A stretch of 32,519 nucleotides of DNA from an uncultured Bacteroidia bacterium. Lineage in GTDB: Bacteria > Bacteroidota > Bacteroidia > SpSt-205. Positions 17,046 to 25,064 of the stretch are shown here, one piece after another. Numbering within the stretch: position 1 is the first letter of the stretch; each line of letters starts with the position of its first letter. A model generated the notes under the pieces. The model had not been told where the DNA came from and did not search any database. It saw only the letters and a program-made list of their open reading frames with translations. The stretch spans positions 1-32,519 of the forward strand of contig CALKJV010000097.1 in assembly GCA_937995505.1 (NCBI GenBank). Reading direction: 5' to 3'. A program made the position numbers and the translations under genes.

Positions 17046-18904
17046 TGGTGCCTATCTGCCTTACCCTTTCTAGGGCTCTCTCTCTGGGCGCGGGGGATCG
17101 GCGCAAACCTCCTCCTAGGGACTATCAGCTTAGAGGGGGCGGAGGCCTCTGGGGGCTACTTGGAAGGACTCTCTGGGGAATTGGGGCCCTTCTCTCTGCG
17201 CAAAACACCCAAATACTAGACGGGGTAGCCGACACGGCAGGACACCCTCCCGTGTACCAACCCGCGTATTTTCCTTGGTACGACCCGACGGATACTTTTG
17301 CTGGGCTAGTGCTGCGAGCAGGACCTCTCAAGCCCTACCTACGGTGGCAATACGGTGCACCTCTCTATGAGGAAACTGCCACCGCCTTTCCGCCCCTCTC
17401 TCAAACGCCCTATCTCTTGCGCAGCTTGCCTTTAGTGAAAACTAGCAAGCCTTACACTCGGGTGCGCTTCGACCAGTCAAGCCGCCGTACGCAGCTCCTC
17501 TCCGTGTACCACGCTCAGTACGTCCGTTCTGCGAAGCAGCCCTTAGAGGGCGGTTTGAGTACAGCTTATCGCCGCCGTACCCGAGAAGGGGAATACCTTA
17601 GTGAAACGGTAGACCATTACGGCGTTGGGATAGGAGGCTTTGTACGGTGGCGAGAACAGTTGTCGCTTCGCGCCGAAACAGGCTGGAATCAGCTCCAAGA
17701 TCTCTTCCATGGGGGCATCCTCTATGATACGACCCGCTCTCCGTGGACGGCGTTTGAGAAGCAAAGTCAACGCGTGCGTATCTCGGGGCTTCGTTGGCGT
17801 CGCTGGTATCGCTACCTGCGTGGGGAAGCCGCTCTCAAGCTTACCCCGACCCTCTGGTTGCAACTGGAGGCCAGACTCACCGAAGACCGCCTACAATCGG
17901 AAAGTCCCTCTCCCCAAATACCACTCTCACCTTTCTGGGGAGATAGCACTGAGCTGCGGTGGGGCATTCGCCAGAAAGAACAAACCGTAGCCGTCTCGCT
18001 CCACGAGACTACAAGAGGCTATCTACGCGCAGGAACCGAAAGGCTCCAATTGGATACCGACACGATCTTCCTGCCCTGGGAGCTCAGAAGCTTTCTGGTA
18101 GAAGGAGGGCTTTGGCTGGGGGCTTTGCACCTATCAGGCCGATATCAATGGTGGCTTCAGACAAGCAGTCCCCAAGCCCGCAAGGAAGCCTCAGCCGTAT
18201 GGCACAGGGGCTCCTATGAGCTAGGGGTAGCCTATCAATCTCAACCCCTCCCATGGATAGCCTATCAGGCCCAGTTTTGGCGGGCGAACTTTCCCCCTAA
18301 CGAGACCCGTACCCGCTTTTGGGCGGCCTATCGCTTGGGAGAAGGCGACTCCACTCTCCCACCGCTGCAGCTCACTGCATGGGGCAGCCTTTGGAAGCCT
18401 GCTTGGCTCTGGAACGCTCCTCCGCGTGCGGGGGATGGATTCTGGGGCTATGGCCTGACCCTCCAAGGCGGCAAACAGGGCCGCCTCGTGGGCTTACTCA
18501 GTGGACTCACCCTCCAAGCCCTCACACCCCAGGACCCTACGGATCGCCCCTGGACCGAAGTTCTCCCCCTTCTAAGTGGATGGATGCAGGTCTTTTTGCG
18601 GTGGCAACTGCCGGAGAAACCCCCTGTCTATCAGCTCGGGGCACGCATATCCGGTTTCACTCCATTTCGGCTTTTAGGGCTGGAGCCCCATTTCGCTACC
18701 CCTTACTGGGGCAATTTCCCGCGTCAGCCAGCTTATGTATGGCTAGATCCCTACTTCATAGTGCACATTCGGCGCGTAATGGTCTATCTGCGCGTAGAGC
18801 ACGCAACAGAGGGAGTTTTGGCGCAAGGGTATTACCTGATGGCGTGGTATCCGATGCCGGGTCGCGCCTTTTCTTTCGGGGTGCAGTGGGATATCTATAA
18901 CTGA
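17045..18904 (+). CDS. putative outer-membrane beta-barrel protein ('putative porin'-like), function unknown
   Basis: ~619 aa, very W/Y/R-rich with alternating strand-like segments. It ends ...FSFGVQWDIYN, an aromatic-rich terminus typical of OM barrels. GTG start overlaps the PNP stop (TAGTG). The hydrophobic segment LWGIGALLSAQN sits ~40 aa in. Confidence 0.5.
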   Translation: MVPICLTLSRALSLGAGDRRKPPPRDYQLRGGGGLWGLLGRTLWGIGALLSAQNTQILDGVADTAGHPPVYQPAYFPWYDPTDTFAGLVLRAGPLKPYLRWQYGAPLYEETATAFPPLSQTPYLLRSLPLVKTSKPYTRVRFDQSSRRTQLLSVYHAQYVRSAKQPLEGGLSTAYRRRTREGEYLSETVDHYGVGIGGFVRWREQLSLRAETGWNQLQDLFHGGILYDTTRSPWTAFEKQSQRVRISGLRWRRWYRYLRGEAALKLTPTLWLQLEARLTEDRLQSESPSPQIPLSPFWGDSTELRWGIRQKEQTVAVSLHETTRGYLRAGTERLQLDTDTIFLPWELRSFLVEGGLWLGALHLSGRYQWWLQTSSPQARKEASAVWHRGSYELGVAYQSQPLPWIAYQAQFWRANFPPNETRTRFWAAYRLGEGDSTLPPLQLTAWGSLWKPAWLWNAPPRAGDGFWGYGLTLQGGKQGRLVGLLSGLTLQALTPQDPTDRPWTEVLPLLSGWMQVFLRWQLPEKPPVYQLGARISGFTPFRLLGLEPHFATPYWGNFPRQPAYVWLDPYFIVHIRRVMVYLRVEHATEGVLAQGYYLMAWYPMPGRAFSFGVQWDIYN

Positions 18905-19965
18905 AGCACTTCCAGCAGCTCTTCAAAAGCCGCATCAGGAAGGGCAGGGAAATTAGCTATGCGAAAGAAGAGGTCTTTCTGCTCGCCGTAGCCCCAGCCC
19001 AGATAAAGCCCCTCCGCCTCAGCTCGGCTACGGAGCTTCTGGCCTATTTCTGCACTAGGCCAGCGCAGCGCTAATACGGTAGGCGAACGGTACTCTTGCC
19101 TCTGTAGTGGGGGAAAGCCCCGTTCCTCCAAAGCCTTATAGAGCCTGTCAGCTCGGGCGCGCAGGGTCGCTTCTCCTCCCTGCACAGGGGGGCGCTGTGG
19201 AAGGCCTTCTGCGAGGAGATATAGGCCAATGAGGTTGGGCGTGAAAGGCGGTTCGTGGGCTTCGGCCCGCTGAATAAGCCGACTAAGGGAATTGTAACGC
19301 AGGGCTGGAAGCTCACGCATCTCTCGTCGGGCCTCTGGTCCCAGGGCTACCACGGCTAGCCCCGGCGGTAACCCAAAGCCTTTCTGTACAGAAGCAAAGA
19401 CTATATCCACTTGCTCCCACGGCAGGGAGATAGCCCCTAGGCTGCTGGTCGCATCTACCGCAGTAAGCGCCCGAGGAAAGGCCTCGCGCAGAAACCGCCA
19501 CTCCGGAAGGGTAGCCCCTACCGAGGTTTCTACCTGTACTATCCCTACAAAGCCCACGCTCGCGTACTTCTGGGCTATGCTTTCGCGTTGAGAGGGCCAG
19601 GGCTGCTCAGGGGAAATAGCTACCCGATACGCAAAGCCAGAGGCAGCCGCCTGGAGCCCGTACCACCTTTCGCCAAAAGCGCCCTGCGTGAGGTGCAGAC
19701 TCGCCTGCTCTGCCGTAGCATCTACCAGCACTTGCCAGGCCTCTGTCGCCGAACTGACAAAAAACACCAGCCACCCTTCTGGCAAGCCTAAGTGCTCTGC
19801 AACGGCCAACTGCGCCCGAGCAAAAAGGCTTTTCCAGACAGGATCGCGGTGATACCGAGAAAAAAGCCCCTCCGCCAAAGCTCGCTGTAAAAGCGGCTCT
19901 ACTTGGGGATGCAGTTGCGACGGACCCGGCTGGAAGGAATACCGAATCTTCACCGCAGCGTCCAC
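18895..19965 (-). CDS. class-V PLP-dependent aminotransferase, phosphoserine-aminotransferase-like
   Basis: The N-terminal FQPGPSQLHPQV resembles SerC F-x-x-GP-x-x-LP. ASVQKGFGLPPGLAVV resembles the SerC PLP-lysine motif (QKN-GP-G). 356 aa, GTG start. Confidence 0.6.
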   Translation of the reverse strand: MDAAVKIRYSFQPGPSQLHPQVEPLLQRALAEGLFSRYHRDPVWKSLFARAQLAVAEHLGLPEGWLVFFVSSATEAWQVLVDATAEQASLHLTQGAFGERWYGLQAAASGFAYRVAISPEQPWPSQRESIAQKYASVGFVGIVQVETSVGATLPEWRFLREAFPRALTAVDATSSLGAISLPWEQVDIVFASVQKGFGLPPGLAVVALGPEARREMRELPALRYNSLSRLIQRAEAHEPPFTPNLIGLYLLAEGLPQRPPVQGGEATLRARADRLYKALEERGFPPLQRQEYRSPTVLALRWPSAEIGQKLRSRAEAEGLYLGWGYGEQKDLFFRIANFPALPDAAFEELLEVLQL

Positions 19966-20022
19966 ACTCCTAATAATAAGTAAAATCCTTGTTCTCCGCC
20001 AGGCGGCGAGAGCGCGGAGCGT

Positions 20023-20796
20023 TTATTTCCCTTGCCAGGTAGCGGCGCGCTTCTCCATAAAGGCTCGCATGCCTTCTTTCTGATCCTCTGTGGCGAAAAG
20101 TAAATAGAAGTTTCGCCGCTCAAAGTGCAGCCCTTCTTCCAGCGAGAGCTCGTAGACTTTGTTGATAGACTGTTTTGCGAGCTGTACGGCGAGGGGGGGC
20201 ATGGCGGCGATTTCAGCAGCGAGCTTCAAGGCCTCTTCTAGGTATAGCTCCACAGGTACCACCCGGCTCACAAGTCCCCAGGCCTCGGCTTGCTGGGCGG
20301 AAAAGAAGCGGCCCGTAAGCACATACTCCATTGCGCGGGATTTGCCGATAGCCCGAGTAAGGCGCTGCGTACCCCCAGCCCCTGGGATAACCCCTATCTT
20401 TATTTCCGGCTGTCCAAACTGCGCCGTCTCACTAGCTATAATGATATCGCATAGCATGGCCAGCTCACAGCCGCCGCCTAAGGCATAACCGCTTACAGCA
20501 GCAATGAGCGGTTTTTTGAGGCGTTTGATCTGGTCCCATCGCTGAAACTGGTCCAGCTTGAGCATATCTACGGCGCTGTCGCTTGCCATCTCCTTGATGT
20601 CTGCGCCCGCTGCAAAGGCGCGTTCGTTGCCTGTAAGCACGATGGCTCGTACGCTTTCCTCTTGGTCCAAGGCCAGAAGAGTATCTGTTAGCTGAGCTAC
20701 TAAGGCGCGATTGAGGGCATTGAGGCTCTCAGGACGGTTGAGCCGCACTAAGGCCACCCCCGGCCGTACCTCGCGTTCCACAATAAGCACTTCCAT
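20023..20796 (-). CDS. enoyl-CoA hydratase/isomerase (crotonase) family protein
   Basis: The internal ATG at 20796 gives MEVLIVEREVRPGVALVRLNRPESLNALN. FAAGADIKEM and GYALGGGCELAMLCD are crotonase oxyanion-hole motifs. A TATTTTTG box lies 4 nt upstream. Confidence 0.88.
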   Translation of the reverse strand: MEVLIVEREVRPGVALVRLNRPESLNALNRALVAQLTDTLLALDQEESVRAIVLTGNERAFAAGADIKEMASDSAVDMLKLDQFQRWDQIKRLKKPLIAAVSGYALGGGCELAMLCDIIIASETAQFGQPEIKIGVIPGAGGTQRLTRAIGKSRAMEYVLTGRFFSAQQAEAWGLVSRVVPVELYLEEALKLAAEIAAMPPLAVQLAKQSINKVYELSLEEGLHFERRNFYLLFATEDQKEGMRAFMEKRAATWQGK

Positions 20797-20800
20797 GCCG

Positions 20801-20808
20801 CAAAAATA
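20801..20808 (-). promoter_or_regulatory. candidate -7 box TATTTTTG, 4 nt upstream of the crotonase ATG
   Basis: The complement of caaaaata at 20801-20808 exactly fits TAnnTTTG. Confidence 0.4.
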
Positions 20809-20853
20809 CCCCAAACCCGCCACCCTTTGCCCAGGGCCATTTTCCACTAAGTA

Positions 20854-20884
20854 TGCACAAAGCTTTGTATCTTTGTTTGCACAA
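20854..20884. repeat. operator-like element: perfect 12-bp palindrome ACAAAGCTTTGT (20857-20868) flanked by the direct repeat TGCACAA (20854-20860 and 20878-20884)
   Basis: Read directly from gtaTGCACAAAGCTTTGTatctttgttTGCACAAtctATG. It overlaps the TATCTTTG box. Confidence 0.45.
20868..20875 (+). promoter_or_regulatory. candidate -7 box TATCTTTG, 12 nt upstream of the ATG at 20888
   Basis: Exact TAnnTTTG at the head of the six-gene plus-strand chain. Confidence 0.4.
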
Positions 20885-20887
20885 TCT

Positions 20888-23800
20888 ATGGGGTTCTCCT
20901 TGCGTGAGCGGCTTATCGCCTTCCGAGCAAAATACTACCGAGTCCAGATCTTGCGGGGCATTTTCCTGGTGGGATTATGGAGTGTGGGATGCTTTGTGCT
21001 CTTTGCGCTTTCGGAAGGGCTTTTCTGGTGGGAAGTACCGGTTCGGCTCTTTTTATGGGCTATCTGGGTTGGTGGGAGCCTCTTCGCCGTAGGCCGATGG
21101 ATTCTGTACCCTCTACTTCAGTACGGCTTGCGCTTGCGGGGTTACCTTTCGGATGAAGAAGCCGCTCGCTGGATTGGCCGCCGCCTTCCTGAAGTGCGAG
21201 ACAAACTCCTCAATGCCCTCCAGCTTAGCCGGCAGGATATTTCCGAGAACGCCGCCATCGCCCTGGCCATTGAAGAGCGCATGCGGCAGCTTACTGTAAT
21301 TCCCTGGGAGCTTTCGCTGCCGCAGCGAGAGGTACGTCGGTATGCCTTAATTTTCTTGTTAATCACAGCCGGAGCGGCTGGGCTATGGCTCGCCAGCCCC
21401 ACGACCTTCCGTGGGGGGACTTTCCGGTTGCTGCGTCCCAATCAGGTTTTCGCTCGCCCCCTACCCTACACCCTCTCTCTCGTAGGTATCCGCCCCTTCT
21501 ACCGCCAAGGCGAACCTTTAGAAGCTATTATCCTTCTCTCCGGCGAGAAGCTCCCCGCTCAACTGTACGCAGTAGGGGCTACGGGCCCTCTACCCCTGCG
21601 CCGAGAGTCTCCGTCCCGATATGCGCTCTCATTGCCGTCCGTACAGGAGAGTTTCCTTCTGCGGATAGAAACTGAAGGGCAGCTCCTAGGCAGCTACCCC
21701 ATCACGGTGCATCGACCACCTGTACTTCGCAACTTCACCCTCCGCTGTGAATACCCTACTTATACCCGACTCGCCCCCGACACGCTCTCACAACCCATAG
21801 CACGCGTGCTGTATGGGTCTTACCTCTCGGTACAATTTGACATAGAGAGCGAACGCCCCTACCAATTAGAGGCGGAAGGCCTTTCCCTCCGTTCGTCAGG
21901 CGCTACTAGATGGACCGGAAAGCTACTCGCTGCAAGCTCAAATAGCTACGCTCTCATTGTGCGCGACTCCCTTTTTAGCGATACGCTCCGACTCACTGTG
22001 GAAGTGTATCCCGATTATCATCCTTCTGTGCAGCTATTTAGTGAGTGGTTCAATGCCGAGACCTGGGAACAGGGCCTTCGCATGCGGCTTATGGATGATT
22101 TTGGGTTCACTCGGGCCATGCTGTGGTACCGCATAGCTGAAAGTCCAACCCCAAGCCGGGTGCAAGAGCAGTTTCGGGCGAAGCCCCTCTCTATCTCGAC
22201 CGAAGCTTCGCAAGAGAAGTTTTATTCCATCGCTTGGCAGAGCTTAGGGATCCAGACCGGCGATAAGGTGGAATACTATGTAGAAGCCTGGGATAATGAC
22301 GCTCTGCGGGGTCCCAAGTCTAGCCGAAGCATTCTTTACACCTTAGAGCCTACCAATGACGCCCAAAAGCAGGAGATTTTTGCCCAGCTACAAGACTCCC
22401 TACTAAGCGAGCTTCAGAAAATTCATGATAAACTAAAAGAACTTGCCTCTACATCGGATTTATCTAGGAAACTTCGTGAGACTACGGCCCTATCTGAGCA
22501 GTTTCGTTCGGTACGCAGTGAGCTTCGAGCTTTACAGCGGTTAGCCGCTGAGCAGCAGCTATACACGCCCGAGCTTTTAGAGCGTATGCGACAGCTGGAG
22601 AAGGTTTTAGAGTCTATTGACCCGCAGCGGCCCGAACGCTTACTCTCACAGCTCCTGCAGCCCCAATCCGATAGCCTGCGGCGCAGCCAGCTGCAGGAGG
22701 AATTGGAGCGAGCCTACCGAGAGTGGGAAGAGAAGATGGCGCGTTTAGAGGCGCTCTCCCCTCAGTACCAGCAGGAACGGAAGTTAGAGGAGCTCATGAC
22801 GCGTCTTTCGGAGCTTTCCGAGCGCCAACAGGGTCTTGCAAAGCTACCTGACTCACTTCAGCATCAGCCAGGGACACAGGGACCGCAAGAGCGCCTTCTA
22901 GAAGAGACCCAGCAGCTGCGCCGGCAGGTAGACTCCCTTCGTCAGCAGACGCCAGAAAGCGCTCTACGAGACAGCCTCGGCCGTTCCGTCCAGTACCTTC
23001 AAGACGCGCTGAAGTCCATGCAAAAATCTCTTGAGCAAATGCAGCAAGGGGGTTCCCCACAGGAAGCCCAGCAAAATGCTGCGCAAAACTTAGAGCGAGC
23101 GCTTTCGGCGATGGACCAGGGGCAGCAGCAGGCTCAAAGCTCCCAAGAGGCAGAAGAGTACGAAGCTCTGCGCCTCCTCCTCAAGGGTATCCTTTCTCTC
23201 TCTTTCCGTCAAGAAGAAGCCCGAAAAAAAGCCCAGGAAAGTGCGCCCTTCCTTGCGAGTGCTAAGCCGCTGGTGCAAGAGCAGCTCGCTATTCGGCGGG
23301 ATTACGCTCAGGTGCAGGAAACTCTATTTGCTCTGGCAGGGCGATCACCAGTGATTGAAGAAGCTATTTTAGACTTACTGCGGGATATGGATCGGTACTT
23401 TCGGGGGCTATCGTTTCAGGAGGCGGAGCCGCTTATGCGGCGCCAGCAGTACATCCTGCAAGGGCTCAATCGGCTAGCCAATCTTATGACAGAGCTTTTA
23501 GCGCAGTTAGAGGAGAATCAGCGTAATCGGCAGCAGAGGGCAGGGGGAGGGGCTTGTCAGCGGCCGTTTCGGGTGCGGCGGAAAGGCCAAGCAGGTCAAC
23601 CCAGTAGCAGCCCGCAGAAATCACAGGGGCAATCCTCCAGACCTCAGCCGGGCCCTAAAAAGGAAGGGCAAGCCCCTTCGCTCCAACAGCTCCAGCAGCA
23701 GCTCAATGAGGCTCTAGACCGGGCCCTCCAGCCCAACCCTGCCTCTGAGAATCCAGGGGGGATTTCCCCCAGCGAACGGGCACGGCTCTCGGCCCAACAA

Positions 23801-24166
23801 GAGCTCATACGGTTACAACTCCAAGAGCGCCTCCGTCAAAGCCCCGGCGACGCTGGTCAGCTCCAGCAGCTTATTGAAGACATGCAGAAGGCCGAAAAGG
23901 AAATTTTAGGAGGTTCGCTCACCCGAGACCGGCTCCTACGCCAGCAGCAAATTCTCACGCGCCTTTTAGATTACGAACGCTCTCAGCGCGAAAGGGAAAT
24001 AGATCCCACGCGCGAGTCGCGTACAGCCCAGCAGTTTTTCCAACGCACGACAGGTATCTATCCCATTCCCAGCGCTAAGCCTACCCCAGCAACCAGTACA
24101 CCAGCCCTTTGGTTGTATCAGCTACCGTATCAGCGCCTAATTGAAACTTACTTTCAAACGCCATGA
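20888..24166 (+). CDS. large (~1092 aa) membrane-anchored coiled-coil/Q-rich protein, DUF4175-like (family assignment from memory only)
   Basis: The track ORF begins at 20711, but that part is antisense to the crotonase gene. The ATG at 20888 gives MGFSLRERLIAFRAKYYRVQILRGIFLVGLWSVGCFVLFAL followed by further TM helices. A beta-rich middle region (..YYVEAWDNDALRGPKSSRS..) follows, then ~550 aa of heptad-like, Q/E/L/R-rich sequence with a low-complexity S/P/Q/G stretch. Confidence 0.75.
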   Translation: MGFSLRERLIAFRAKYYRVQILRGIFLVGLWSVGCFVLFALSEGLFWWEVPVRLFLWAIWVGGSLFAVGRWILYPLLQYGLRLRGYLSDEEAARWIGRRLPEVRDKLLNALQLSRQDISENAAIALAIEERMRQLTVIPWELSLPQREVRRYALIFLLITAGAAGLWLASPTTFRGGTFRLLRPNQVFARPLPYTLSLVGIRPFYRQGEPLEAIILLSGEKLPAQLYAVGATGPLPLRRESPSRYALSLPSVQESFLLRIETEGQLLGSYPITVHRPPVLRNFTLRCEYPTYTRLAPDTLSQPIARVLYGSYLSVQFDIESERPYQLEAEGLSLRSSGATRWTGKLLAASSNSYALIVRDSLFSDTLRLTVEVYPDYHPSVQLFSEWFNAETWEQGLRMRLMDDFGFTRAMLWYRIAESPTPSRVQEQFRAKPLSISTEASQEKFYSIAWQSLGIQTGDKVEYYVEAWDNDALRGPKSSRSILYTLEPTNDAQKQEIFAQLQDSLLSELQKIHDKLKELASTSDLSRKLRETTALSEQFRSVRSELRALQRLAAEQQLYTPELLERMRQLEKVLESIDPQRPERLLSQLLQPQSDSLRRSQLQEELERAYREWEEKMARLEALSPQYQQERKLEELMTRLSELSERQQGLAKLPDSLQHQPGTQGPQERLLEETQQLRRQVDSLRQQTPESALRDSLGRSVQYLQDALKSMQKSLEQMQQGGSPQEAQQNAAQNLERALSAMDQGQQQAQSSQEAEEYEALRLLLKGILSLSFRQEEARKKAQESAPFLASAKPLVQEQLAIRRDYAQVQETLFALAGRSPVIEEAILDLLRDMDRYFRGLSFQEAEPLMRRQQYILQGLNRLANLMTELLAQLEENQRNRQQRAGGGACQRPFRVRRKGQAGQPSSSPQKSQGQSSRPQPGPKKEGQAPSLQQLQQQLNEALDRALQPNPASENPGGISPSERARLSAQQELIRLQLQERLRQSPGDAGQLQQLIEDMQKAEKEILGGSLTRDRLLRQQQILTRLLDYERSQREREIDPTRESRTAQQFFQRTTGIYPIPSAKPTPATSTPALWLYQLPYQRLIETYFQTP

Positions 24167-24591
24167 CGATCTCGACTACCCAGCAGAGCTTTTCGCACGA
24201 GGAGGTAATACGAAGCCATATTGATGAGGTGGTGCGCATAGAACCGACCTTAATTCAGATAGCCAGTAAGGTAGGTCTACCCGAGGAGCGCCAGCCGCTC
24301 TTCATCGTGGTAGTTACAGAGGCGCTCAGCAACGCTATCCTCCACGGCAATAAACAAGACCCCCAGAAATTGGTACGCTTGCATTTCTACACGCATCCTG
24401 ATCCTCCAACGCTGATAGTAAAGGTGCGAGACGAAGGAGAAGGATTTGACCCCGCAAGCCTTCCGGACCCTACCACCGAAGGAAATCTTCTCCAAGAGTC
24501 GGGGCGAGGGGTATTCTTGATGCGCAACTTAGCGGATGCGGTGGAATTCAAGGAGGGTGGGCGATGCGTGGAGCTGCACTTCCTGCTGTGA
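24163..24591 (+). CDS. RsbW/SpoIIAB-like anti-sigma-factor-type serine kinase (HATPase_c domain only)
   Basis: N-box EALSNAILHGN, G1 box VRDEGEGFD and G2 GRGVFLMRNLAD in a 142-aa protein. The ATGA overlap with the upstream gene was confirmed at 24163-24166. Confidence 0.8.
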   Translation: MTISTTQQSFSHEEVIRSHIDEVVRIEPTLIQIASKVGLPEERQPLFIVVVTEALSNAILHGNKQDPQKLVRLHFYTHPDPPTLIVKVRDEGEGFDPASLPDPTTEGNLLQESGRGVFLMRNLADAVEFKEGGRCVELHFLL

Positions 24592-25064
24592 TAGGCTTTA
24601 GTTACGAATTCGAGCTGCGACCCTGGCGTCTACGCGCAGCGAGGCTGCACAAGGCGTGGCTTTTGCAATGCCTGGCAGTCTATGACCCAAAAAGGCGCGT
24701 GCGGAGGGCCCAGTACTACTTCGTCTCAGAGAGCACCATCACCCGCCTACACGCCCAGTACTTGGGAGAGGCCACGCCAACAGATATAATGACCTTCGGC
24801 TACCCTCTCGGAGAGGGGGTAGAAGCCGAGATCTATGTCGCCCCACAAGTGGTCTACCGACATGCTCGGGCGTACGGCACAGCGCCGGGAGAGGAGCTGC
24901 GCCGAGTGCTGGCACATGGTCTTCTACACCTTTTGGGATGGGGGGACCAGAGTGAGCCCGAAGCCCAAGCCATGCGCGCCGTAGAAGATGCCTGCCTACG
25001 CCTCTGGGGAAGAGCTGCCTCGCCGAAACCTGTTTCACATGAAACACCCAAAGTCGGAATTTGA
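24588..25064 (+). CDS. ybeY: rRNA maturation endoribonuclease YbeY
   Basis: Zinc motif LAHGLLHLLGWGD (HxxxHxxxxxH-type). I prefer the GTG at 24588 (GTGA overlap with the kinase stop). The track start ATG at 24564 is the alternative. Confidence 0.85.
   Translation: MIGFSYEFELRPWRLRAARLHKAWLLQCLAVYDPKRRVRRAQYYFVSESTITRLHAQYLGEATPTDIMTFGYPLGEGVEAEIYVAPQVVYRHARAYGTAPGEELRRVLAHGLLHLLGWGDQSEPEAQAMRAVEDACLRLWGRAASPKPVSHETPKVGI

Noticed and set aside
19994-20019. GC-rich imperfect hairpin (CTCCGCC-aggc-GGCG-a-GAG…) in the 57-nt gap between the crotonase and aminotransferase genes, considered as a possible intrinsic terminator.
   Set aside because: The stem is short and bulged, and in the minus-strand transcription direction no U-tract follows. 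The evidence is not enough to call a terminator.
20711-20887. N-terminal extension of the large coiled-coil protein (1151-aa version starting at 20711).
   Set aside because: The extension is antisense to the crotonase N-terminus and is R/S/T/P-rich. The ATG at 20888 is preceded by a promoter box and followed by TM helices.
23515-23760. Q/S/P/G-rich low-complexity stretch and QQLQQQL runs, considered as a possible DNA tandem repeat.
   Set aside because: There is no exact nucleotide periodicity. It is amino-acid-level low complexity within an intact reading frame of the coiled-coil protein.
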